Part shown: positions 9,555 to 17,954 of the stretch, one piece after another
Position numbering within the stretch: the stretch's first letter is position 1
Layout: the number at the start of each line of letters is the position of its first letter
Assembly: GCA_965213625.1 (NCBI GenBank)
Contig: CBDBZU010000004.1
Location: 3,360,001 to 3,424,000 of the forward strand
Direction: 5' to 3'
Length of the DNA: 64,000 bases
Origin: a bacterium
GTDB taxonomy: Bacteria; UBA8248
Position numbers and translations under genes: made by a program
The notes under the pieces: generated by a model
The model's input: the letters and a program-made list of their open reading frames with translations, nothing else
The model's database searches: none
What the model was told of the DNA's origin: nothing

Positions 9555-9826
9555 CAATCTTGCATTGGGGTTGCCAAGTATTCTTTAATACACGTATAAA
9601 GTCAGCAACACGCGTATCAAAGATGGCTGGGAGTCAAACGCGAGTGAGAAGCGAGTGTTTGATTTATTCCCCCCTACGCCCTATAAAACTGGCTGGGGGT
9701 TACTCATTATTCCCTGCCCACACCGAGAGGACTCAAACTCTGTAGCATGGGTAGGTACAATTTGCTCCCGACGATGTAGAGCAACCAATGAGTAACCCCC
9801 AAAAAGCCTGCCCTTTCTCTTTATAA

Positions 9827-11539
9827 TTACCTGTGCGCCGCAAATGACCCGATGAAGGCGGCGTCTCCCACCGGCGCGCTCTGCTGCGTGGCGTAAAAGG
9901 TTCCCGCCACCGAACCGGGCGCCTGGGGCGAATACGTCGTCGTTATCGTACTTGTCGTCACCGGTGGAGTTTCCGTATTCGTTGTCCTTACCGTTGTTTG
10001 GGACCTTGAGACCCTCGTCATCCCAAAAAACTGGCCCTTCCAGGAGCCGCTGAAGGATTTGCCGTCAACCACGCCAATGGTGGAACCATTATTGAATTTG
10101 TCATTCCCGCTGATATCATCTCCAAGGCTCTGGTCCTGTAATTCGATGCTGCCCACCATTCGTTGCCCACCAGCGACGATGTTCGTGACCGCGCCCACGA
10201 TGCTGCCCGAGCCATCCGAACCTGCACCTGTCGGATTCTGGAACTCGGCGGTGAGCGTAACGTCCGCCGTGAAATAGCTCGTATCGCTTCCCGCGAGGTA
10301 GGCGCCGTTCGCATTCCCCGTGTAAGTGGCTGTCACATCCTGGCCGTCTTTCACAAAAGTGCTGATGGTGTTGAATCCACCAGTATCACCGCATTCTCTG
10401 ATGGTTACGGATGTTGTTCCGGTTCCGGATTCACCACTACCTTCATTACCACTACAGAAGTTTAAATCACTGGCGTTGCTTGTGGGTTGGCCCCCGTAAG
10501 CGAATGCCGTAATAGTGGAAGTACTCAAATTGTCGTTTTCCACTGTAAGCCAGATTCCGGCGATCAGATAGTCGGTATCGGGTTCATAGTCATACCGCTC
10601 GTCGTGAAGCGTATCGGGCATATCTTCCATGACGGTATTTCTTGCCCTGCTCTCTTTAGAGATGTCCGTGTAGGCGTTAACGAAGGTCGAGGTGGTGCCG
10701 TCCACTCCTGTCAGATCGAAGCCACTGGAAAGGCGGCCCGTTCCAGTGAGTGAAGGCGTCGTGCTGTCCGATACGAGACCCTCTATTCGGACCGTCTTCT
10801 GTCCGGTAACCCTGTCTGCGCCGCTCCCGATATCTGCTGGGAATTCGGCACATGGTGCAGTGCAAGCAACACGAGGATTGCCGCTGGACGGCCCGGAGTT
10901 GCCGGCCGCGCCCACGACTATGCTACCGGCTGTCAAGCCCTTAACGGCGTCGGCGAGAAGTTTATTATCTCTCAAGTGCTTGATGAGCCCTGAATTGTTC
11001 GTCAAGGCGGCCTCGTCCGCTTCACGTTGCATGCGGGCGGCAGCAACCGCGTTAACGGCGCTCTGGATGGCTGCCACAGCCGATTGCGCGGATATCAGGT
11101 CGGCGAGCGCCGCTCTCGCATCATCCAGCGCGCTCTCCGCCTCTGCAGGCGTGGTGGCCGCATCCGCCGCGTCTCTCGCATCTTCGATTTCCGTCAATTG
11201 GTTTTGCGCTTCGACTGCATTGGCGAGAGCGCTCGTTATTTGATCCGCCGTGGCGTCGGGGTGAACCTGCACCGCCGCCGCCGCCGCGCGCGCCGCTCCC
11301 TCTCGCGCCCGGGCGTTTGTTACGATGCCGTCGAGTGTATCCTGTGCATCGGCTATCAGTTCCGCATCCGTCGGCCCCGGAGCCATGCAGTCCGGGTACG
11401 TGCCGATCTGGCCCTGCGGGCATTCCATCACCATCTCATCCGCAGTACCGCCGCCACCGCCGCCGCCGCCGCAACCGGAGGCAAATGCCGCAATGCACAC
11501 GACAAGTACCGCCAATCCTGAATATCTGAGCATTTTCAT
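9827..11539 (-). CDS. Surface lipoprotein with TbpB/HpuA-like C-terminal beta-barrel
   Basis: MKMLRY signal peptide, lipobox ASGC followed by poly-Gly; Ala-rich helical stalk; ATYTGNANG, GSWKGQFFG, VAGTF, FIGSFAAHR. Confidence 0.75.
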   Translation of the reverse strand: MKMLRYSGLAVLVVCIAAFASGCGGGGGGGGTADEMVMECPQGQIGTYPDCMAPGPTDAELIADAQDTLDGIVTNARAREGAARAAAAAVQVHPDATADQITSALANAVEAQNQLTEIEDARDAADAATTPAEAESALDDARAALADLISAQSAVAAIQSAVNAVAAARMQREADEAALTNNSGLIKHLRDNKLLADAVKGLTAGSIVVGAAGNSGPSSGNPRVACTAPCAEFPADIGSGADRVTGQKTVRIEGLVSDSTTPSLTGTGRLSSGFDLTGVDGTTSTFVNAYTDISKESRARNTVMEDMPDTLHDERYDYEPDTDYLIAGIWLTVENDNLSTSTITAFAYGGQPTSNASDLNFCSGNEGSGESGTGTTSVTIRECGDTGGFNTISTFVKDGQDVTATYTGNANGAYLAGSDTSYFTADVTLTAEFQNPTGAGSDGSGSIVGAVTNIVAGGQRMVGSIELQDQSLGDDISGNDKFNNGSTIGVVDGKSFSGSWKGQFFGMTRVSRSQTTVRTTNTETPPVTTSTITTTYSPQAPGSVAGTFYATQQSAPVGDAAFIGSFAAHR

Positions 11540-11681
11540 CACTTGCCCCCTGAGGGTTACGTCCCCTTCCGGGAAAGAAGAGGGCGGGCGGTTGAAACCA
11601 GGTAAGTAAAATGAATCGTTTGCTTTGAGAACCCCCGGCCCCGGGCTCAAAGAGCCCGAGGCCAAAGGGAGTCGTGCGTTG

Positions 11682-13400
11682 TTACTGCCTGTGTGCGCCG
11701 AACGCGCCGATCAGACTCATCTTGTTGTCCGCGCTGGATGCGCCGAATGTGCCGGCAACACCCGTCGGGTGCGTGGTGTTTGCAGCGCTGCCCGAGCCGT
11801 TCGGACCGTATAGCTGACCGCCCCAGTTCCCCCTGAGGCCGGTTCCACCGAGAACGCCGTCCGTGGTGCCTGTGAACGATCCAGCTTCGCCTGCTGTATC
11901 AGCCAAGGTGGCTTTCACCAGATTCAGGGAGCCGTCAACAGCCTGTCCGGCGGCCCTGATACCCGAGATGCTTCCCGAGATTGACCCCAGCGTGGCGTTC
12001 GTTGCGCTGAGGAAGTCGACCTCGAGCGAGGCGTCCGCGTCGAAGTACTGGACCATGCCGCCCGCTGAATAGAGGCCGGTGGCGCTTCCTTCATACGAGG
12101 CATTACCCGTGATAGCTACATTCACCGTGTACGTGTCACTGCCGTACGCGAAGGCGCCTGCCTGGGCGGGATCAATTGCTATGGCAGTAGTACCATCGGC
12201 AGCTATCAGGGAGTCCCTGACGGAAGCGGTTACCCACATACCCCAAGCCATGTAGTCTTCGTCGTGACCGGGATCTTTTCCTGTGGCGGTTCGGTATGTG
12301 TATCCAGTATTCTCTACAATTTTCCCGTCTTCATCCACGCTTATAGAACATGGTGTATTGGTGGGGTCTGCACAGTAAATTTGAGCTGGAACCGCGACAT
12401 TGTTGTCAGCGGGATCCAAATTGAGCAACACTTCAAAATTGCTGCCATCGCTCGGGATATCACCCGTCAATACAGCAGACATTTCTATTGCGTCTGTTAT
12501 TTCAATTCCTGTTCCCGTATATATGTTCTTTTCAACCGACGCTTCGATGTCCGTGGTGACGACGAGATGAGTTTTCGTATTCTCGCTTGTTGTGCGAACC
12601 AAATCTGCGCCTTCGTTTCCTTTGATATGGAAACGTGAAGGCTCTTCACCCGTCCGCATTCGATTTACCTCAGCAGCACCGCCATGGTTTATCCCGAATG
12701 CTGATCCACCCGCTTTATGCGCCACGAATGGAACGTCTGTTATTCCACCACTTATCGTAACAGTGGCAGTGGTATCACTGCTTCCGCCCTGGTTGGTAAG
12801 ACCATCAGTAGTAGCAGCCACACCGGCAGCTGCAATCGCCGACCCTACGGTAGCCGAATTTGTCATTGCCTTTAGCGGATCCGAGCCATCCAGCTCGGCA
12901 TTTTCGATGTCGTCGCCGTTGAGCAGCTTGTTCGACAGGTTGATAAGCACCAGGCTGCTCATGCCAGCTGCTTCCATCGCCTTGTCGCGGGCCGTCTCGG
13001 CCGCCATCTGGTGACCCATTGCGTCTGCAGAAGTCGTGGCCGCCTGCGCCGCCGTGTTGGCGTCACCAGCCATGCTCGCGTAACCGTACGCGTTGCCGGC
13101 CGCCACGGGGTCAACCGCGCCGCCCACGGCCGCCATCGCAGCCGCTGCCGCCATCGCAGCCGCGTCCTGCGCGCCGCTCAGGGCAGCTTCTTCGGCAAGG
13201 TCAGCGGCGGAGGTGCAGGAACCGTCCGCGTTATACCGGCCGCCGGCATCCATGCATTCCGCCTGCGGGTCAGGCATCGGCATCGGCATCTCTTCTTCCA
13301 TCTCAGCCGTTCCGCCGCCGCCGCCGCAACCAGCCAGCGTCAGCGCGAAGGCCGCCGCCAGCATGAATGAAAAGATTTTATTTCTGTTGAGTTTCATCAC
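11682..13400 (-). CDS. Surface lipoprotein with TbpB/HpuA-like C-terminal beta-barrel
   Basis: AGGAGG SD; lipobox LAGC followed by poly-Gly; DYMAWGMW, ASYEGSATGLY, GNWGGQLYG, VAGTFGA, LIGAFGAHRQ. Confidence 0.8.
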   Translation of the reverse strand: MMKLNRNKIFSFMLAAAFALTLAGCGGGGGTAEMEEEMPMPMPDPQAECMDAGGRYNADGSCTSAADLAEEAALSGAQDAAAMAAAAAMAAVGGAVDPVAAGNAYGYASMAGDANTAAQAATTSADAMGHQMAAETARDKAMEAAGMSSLVLINLSNKLLNGDDIENAELDGSDPLKAMTNSATVGSAIAAAGVAATTDGLTNQGGSSDTTATVTISGGITDVPFVAHKAGGSAFGINHGGAAEVNRMRTGEEPSRFHIKGNEGADLVRTTSENTKTHLVVTTDIEASVEKNIYTGTGIEITDAIEMSAVLTGDIPSDGSNFEVLLNLDPADNNVAVPAQIYCADPTNTPCSISVDEDGKIVENTGYTYRTATGKDPGHDEDYMAWGMWVTASVRDSLIAADGTTAIAIDPAQAGAFAYGSDTYTVNVAITGNASYEGSATGLYSAGGMVQYFDADASLEVDFLSATNATLGSISGSISGIRAAGQAVDGSLNLVKATLADTAGEAGSFTGTTDGVLGGTGLRGNWGGQLYGPNGSGSAANTTHPTGVAGTFGASSADNKMSLIGAFGAHRQ

Positions 13401-13606
13401 TTTTGAGTCCTCCTAGTCTCGTGATATTAAAGAGCTTTGCATCTAACAAAACCTGAAATGTTCGGATTAGACCTCCTTTCTTTGACTTTCCGACTTTCTA
13501 TCCTTTCCGTTATCGGGCTTATTTCGTTTCATCGTTTCATCGAACCGGAACCGGAGGCGCGGCCGCCGGCCCGGACTTACGCGTCCGGGCCGGTAGCCGG
13601 CATATC

Positions 13607-13938
13607 CACGAGACTAGCGTGGGAGTCTTTTCGGGAATCATCATGGTTTGAGTCCTCTAGCCTCGCGATATAAAAACGTCTCCGGCCCGAGCCGGGTATT
13701 CCATATTCCAGGTGGAACGATTCACGAGACTGTAGAGGGATTTGCTGCGTGGTGCATCCTGGGTTGAGTCCTCTAGCCTCGTGATTTGCTGCTTCCCGGC
13801 TCTCGCCGGGCTTACCGCTTTCCTGCGCCGGGGCCTCCGCTTTTACGAACGCGAAACTCCGGGACATTTCATCGATTCACGAGACTGGAGAGGGTCTTAC
13901 GGCGTGGTGCATCGTGGGTTGAGTCCTCTAGCCTCGTG
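13607..13938 (-). promoter_or_regulatory. Array of three ~61-nt hairpins (13607-13667, 13723-13783, 13878-13938), each with SD+ATG and an 11-codon mini-ORF register
   Basis: Minus-strand 5' arm C(A/G)CGAGGCTAGAGGACTCAA, 3' arm ..AGTCTCGTG; the same 5' arm forms the real RBS at 13403-13423. Confidence 0.8.
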
Positions 13939-14278
13939 TTTGTTGCTGCTGAAGCCTGGAATCTTTCCGGGTCGTCGTCTTCCGGGCTTCGTCAAGCCAT
14001 CTGCGATTGCAGGCTGCTCCCCTTGGCTCCCGCTCTATGCGTCCTTCACGAACGAAGTCCGCGCTGCGTTCTGCGGGCGGCCCCTGGGCTGCTGCTCCCG
14101 TGTATTACTTGACATATACGATAGTGCGTCAAATTTTCCGGTTTTGTCAAGCCTTTATTTGAACTTGCGCGCGACTTGCGAATCGCGGCGGGCGGTTCAA
14201 AGATGTTGCGATTATGAAGCATCGGGGGATGGGGGTCAAACGCCTACCGGATGAAGGAGGGTTTGACGCGAGGGGGTG

Positions 14279-14390
14279 TGTAGCCGGACAGGCCCCCGTG
14301 CTTGTCCGGCCCTCCTCGGGGTTGTCCTGATTGACGCGAGGGGGTGTAGTCGAACAAGCCCCCGTGCTTGTTCGGGGTCGCGACCTGTGC
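14279..14390. repeat. GTAG-type REP palindromes downstream of RAYT
   Basis: gtagccggacaggcccccgtgcttgtccgg and gtagtcgaacaagcccccgtgcttgttcg. Confidence 0.75.
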
Positions 14391-14422
14391 GCATTCTCTT
14401 TTTTTGAATGCAGGGGCCATCC

Positions 14423-14980
14423 TTACAGGCGGGGTACGGTGTTGTACCTGTCGAACGCCCATTTCAAGGGATTGTTGCGGATGTATTCCCGGATGCTGTT
14501 CAGGTTTTCTTCGTTGCGGATAATGTGGTCGTAAAACGAGCGTTGCCACCCGAAAGCATTCTTGCTCCGGCGTTTTCGCACTTTTCGGGTTACGGATGAT
14601 TTGAACCCCTGAATGATTTTCGGCAAAACCATTTTCGAGCGGTCGATGTTTTGTCGTTTCGATTGTAGGTGGCGACCCCTCCTCGGGGTCGCCCCTCACA
14701 TATATGCGTCCCGCTCGGGGTTGTTATCCCCAACGATAATCACGATCCCGTGTAAATGATTCGGCATCACGACGTAATCATCGATGTCCGTATTCGGAAA
14801 ATGACCGGGGATTGCCAGCCAACATTCTTGCGCAATCATTCCGGTTGCATTCAACCGCATTTTCTCGTCCAAGACTTCGCCGAAGCATTGGGTGTGATTC
14901 CGCGTGCAGATTGTCACGAAATAGTATCCTTGCCGAGAATAATCACGTTCTTGAAGTCTGTTTTCCTTTCTGGATTTCAT
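14423..14980 (-). pseudogene. REP-associated tyrosine (Y1/HUH) transposase, RAYT type, with in-frame TGA at 14696-14698
   Basis: RL...DYS..GYYFVTICT, MPNHLHGI (HUH), IIQGFKS, WQRSFYDHIIRNE, EYIRNNP; both ORF halves share one frame. Confidence 0.88.
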
Positions 14981-15278
14981 TTCTCAAGGATCATCCTTTC
15001 CCATCAACTCGTTCGGCGGCACAACCGTTTGCATCATCAAATAGCAACTTGTAACGGGACGCATATATTTGCACGGCCCATGACCGGCTGCAAAAAGCCG
15101 GGTGGGAAATTGGTGCGGGGCGCATATCTGTCGGACATATATGTCCGACCTACAAATTCATATACGTCGAACCGAACCGCAGAGTCGGGACTCTTTCTAC
15201 AACCTCATGCGGCATGTCGTACAGGAGATTGAGATTATAATTCACCGGAACATCAAAAAGGAATGCGCGATGGGTTTT

Positions 15279-15440
15279 GTAGGGACAGGCCTCCGTGCCT
15301 GTCCGCTACGGTGAACAAATTCGGTAATCGGGATTCTTCCTCTCCTCTTGGTCGTCCCGCCCCCTGTGGTTGGCCCTTGCAAAACGCGGCCACGGACAGA
15401 CGCGGAGGCCACGGACAGGCGCAGGGGGCCTGTCCGCTAC
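15279..15440. repeat. Pair of GTAG-type REPs in inverted orientation
   Basis: gtagggacaggcctccgtgcctgtccgctac ... cggacaggcgcagggggcctgtccgctac. Confidence 0.8.
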
Positions 15441-15639
15441 TACGAAAACCGCAAACGCTCGTTCTTCACTCGCGTTTGACCCAATCTTCACAAACTCTTT
15501 ACAAAACTTTCCCCTGTCCCCCGCCCCGCCGTTGTTGTAAGATGTCCCCCTCCCCGGCTCAAGGACGGCGCGGGAACTTGTACCCGCATTTGTATGCCGC
15601 CGTATCCGAAGGCCGGGGTTTATTACGGGAGTATCGCAG

Positions 15640-16605
15640 ATGTCCTCCCCGTCCGATCTTCCCCAGCGCCTCGTCGCCGTCGGCGGCAACGCGACCCACC
15701 CGCCCGAGATACGCGGCACGGCCGCCGAGCAGGCCGCCATCGCCGCCGCCACGGGCCGCGCGCTCCTGCCCCTCTTGCAGCTGAAGAACGAACTCATCAT
15801 CACGCACGGGAACGGCCCCGTCGTCGGCAAGATACTCATGCGCCAGGCGGTATCGAGCGAGCAGGTGACGCCCATGACGCTCGACATCTGCGTCGCCCAC
15901 AGCCAGGGCGGCATCGCCTACCTTCTTATGCAGGCGTTCGAAAACGCGCTGAGGCGCGCGGGCGACCCGCGCCACGTGGTCTGTCTGCTGACGCAGGTGG
16001 AGGTCGACCCCGAAGACCCGGCCTTCGACGCGCCCACCAAGTTCGTCGGCTACACCTACACGGAAGAAGAGGCCCGCCGCTATGAGCGCGATATGGGCTG
16101 GACGTTCCGTGAGGATTCCGGGCGCGGCTGGCGGCACGTGGTTCCCTCGCCCATGCCGAAGCACATCGTGGACATCTCGCTCATCGAGACTATCGCCAAG
16201 AGCGGCGCGGTGGTGATAGCGGGAGGAGGCGGCGGCATCCCCGTCGTGCGCGAAGCCGACGGCGCGCGCAGGGGACTCTCGGCCGTCATCGACAAGGATT
16301 TAACCTCGGCCTTGATGGCGAACGTCCTGGGGGTCGAGACGATGATGATCCTCACCGCCGTGCCGCAAGTCTCTATCCACTTCGGGACGCCGCAGCAGCA
16401 GGATTTGGAGAGAGTCTCCCTTGCAGACCTCAGGGAATATCACGCCGAGGGCCACTTTCCCCCCGGCAGCATGGGCCCCAAGATCGAGGCGGCTATCCGG
16501 TTTCTGGAGGGCGGCGGCAAGCGCGTCCACATCGCCGCGCTCAAGGACGCCGTCCCCGCCCTGCGCGGTGATGCCGGGACTTGTGTATTCAAGGAGGAGG
16601 GGTGA
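15640..16605 (+). CDS. arcC: Carbamate kinase
   Basis: VAVGGNA, ITHGNGPVVG, PTKFVG, RHVVPSP, GGGGIPV, AVIDKD, GSMGPKIEAA. Confidence 0.95.
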   Translation: MSSPSDLPQRLVAVGGNATHPPEIRGTAAEQAAIAAATGRALLPLLQLKNELIITHGNGPVVGKILMRQAVSSEQVTPMTLDICVAHSQGGIAYLLMQAFENALRRAGDPRHVVCLLTQVEVDPEDPAFDAPTKFVGYTYTEEEARRYERDMGWTFREDSGRGWRHVVPSPMPKHIVDISLIETIAKSGAVVIAGGGGGIPVVREADGARRGLSAVIDKDLTSALMANVLGVETMMILTAVPQVSIHFGTPQQQDLERVSLADLREYHAEGHFPPGSMGPKIEAAIRFLEGGGKRVHIAALKDAVPALRGDAGTCVFKEEG

Positions 16606-16633
16606 TTCCCCGCGCATCAATCGAATTTTCCCT

Positions 16634-16859
16634 GTAGGGGCGTTTCGCGAACCGCCCGTATTTCGTTTTTTTTCGTCAACGAATTTGTAGGGACAGGTCG
16701 CGACCTGTCCCTACGGTCGGAACCCGATTGGCGTGGACGATGATATTGTAGGGGTCGCATATATGCGACCCATGACGGGCGGCGAAAAAGGCCAGGTCGC
16801 GCTACAAATTCTTTGTCAACCGAACGAAAAATGGGAGGACACACGGGTCCTCCCCTACG
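16634..16859. repeat. BIME-like cluster of distinct GTAG-type REP hairpins between convergent genes
   Basis: gtaggggcgtttcgcgaaccgccc, gtagggacaggtcgcgacctgtccctac, gtaggggtcgcatatatgcgaccc, ggaggacacacgggtcctcccctac. Confidence 0.8.
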
Positions 16860-16882
16860 AAACCATTCTCACCAAGAGGATT

Positions 16883-17953
16883 TTACCCCGCCCTCACGTT
16901 CCGCCTCGCCTGCACGAACACCACCGTCAAGACGATGATCGCCTGAAAGACGAACACCGCCGCCCCCGGCAGTCCGATGCTTCTCTGGAGCGAATCCGAC
17001 CCCGAGACCAGCACCGCGAACACCGCGGCGGCGATGGTGACGCCGAGCGGGTTGTTCCGCCCGATGACGGCGATGAGGATGGCCATGGCGCCGTAGTTGG
17101 GCGCGCCCTCCGCCCCGCTGATGCCGAGCAGCAGGCTCTGGTGGAAACCCGAAACCTCGATGGCCCCGGCGAGTCCCGAGAGCGCGCCGCAGGTCGGCAT
17201 GATGATGAGCGTGACGCGCGCGACATTGATGCCGCCGAAGCGCGCCGCCCGGGGGTTGTCCCCCACCGCGCGGATTTCGTAGCCGGCGATGGTGCGCGTC
17301 ATGAAGTAGTACATGCCGGCCGCCGCCGCCAGCGCGATGAGGAAGCCGGCGTGCGCGCCCGCTCTCGGCATTACCTGGGGCAGCACCGAGGCGTCGGGGA
17401 TCGGGAGCGAGATGGCGTCGCCCGCCAGCGGGTCGTTCCACGGGCCGTTCGCGAGGTAGTCCACGAGGTAGAGTGCTACGAAATTCAGCATCACCGTCAC
17501 GAATATCTCGCTCACCTGGAAGCGCACGCGCAGTATTCCGGGGATGAAGCCCCAGAACCACCCGCCCAGGATTCCGCCCAGCAGTCCCAGCGGCACGAAT
17601 ACCGGCCAGGGCAGATTCAGGCCCTCGAGCGCGAAGGCCGTGCCCGTCATGCCGATGGCGCCCGCGTAAATCTGCCCGTCCACGCCGATGTTGAAGTGCC
17701 CGCCCCGCATCCCGAAGGCCACCGCGAGCGAGGCGAGCAGCAGCGGGCAGAACTTGTTGAGCGTCTGCGCGAACCCGCCCCACGTGCCGAGCGAGGATCT
17801 GAGAACCGTGCCGAGCGCGACGAACACGTCGCCGCCGAAGGCGACGATGAAGACGGCCCCGCACGCGAGGGCCAGCGCGCCCGCCGCCGCGTAGGTGACG
17901 GCGAACTCCATCGCCATCTTTTTCCTGTCGCTCACGTTCGCAGGCGCCGCCAT
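16883..17953 (-). CDS. ABC transporter permease (nucleoside/BMP type)
   Basis: FNIGVDGQ, EIFVTVMLNFVA, GYEIRAVGDNPRAARFGGI. Confidence 0.92.
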   Translation of the reverse strand: MAAPANVSDRKKMAMEFAVTYAAAGALALACGAVFIVAFGGDVFVALGTVLRSSLGTWGGFAQTLNKFCPLLLASLAVAFGMRGGHFNIGVDGQIYAGAIGMTGTAFALEGLNLPWPVFVPLGLLGGILGGWFWGFIPGILRVRFQVSEIFVTVMLNFVALYLVDYLANGPWNDPLAGDAISLPIPDASVLPQVMPRAGAHAGFLIALAAAAGMYYFMTRTIAGYEIRAVGDNPRAARFGGINVARVTLIIMPTCGALSGLAGAIEVSGFHQSLLLGISGAEGAPNYGAMAILIAVIGRNNPLGVTIAAAVFAVLVSGSDSLQRSIGLPGAAVFVFQAIIVLTVVFVQARRNVRAG

Positions 17954-17954
17954 G

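Noticed and set aside
13403-13938. CRISPR array or integron attC array
   Set aside because: Repeats alternate in orientation, spacers are irregular (55 and 94 nt), no cas or integrase gene is in the window, and there are no RYYYAAC/GTTRRRY boxes
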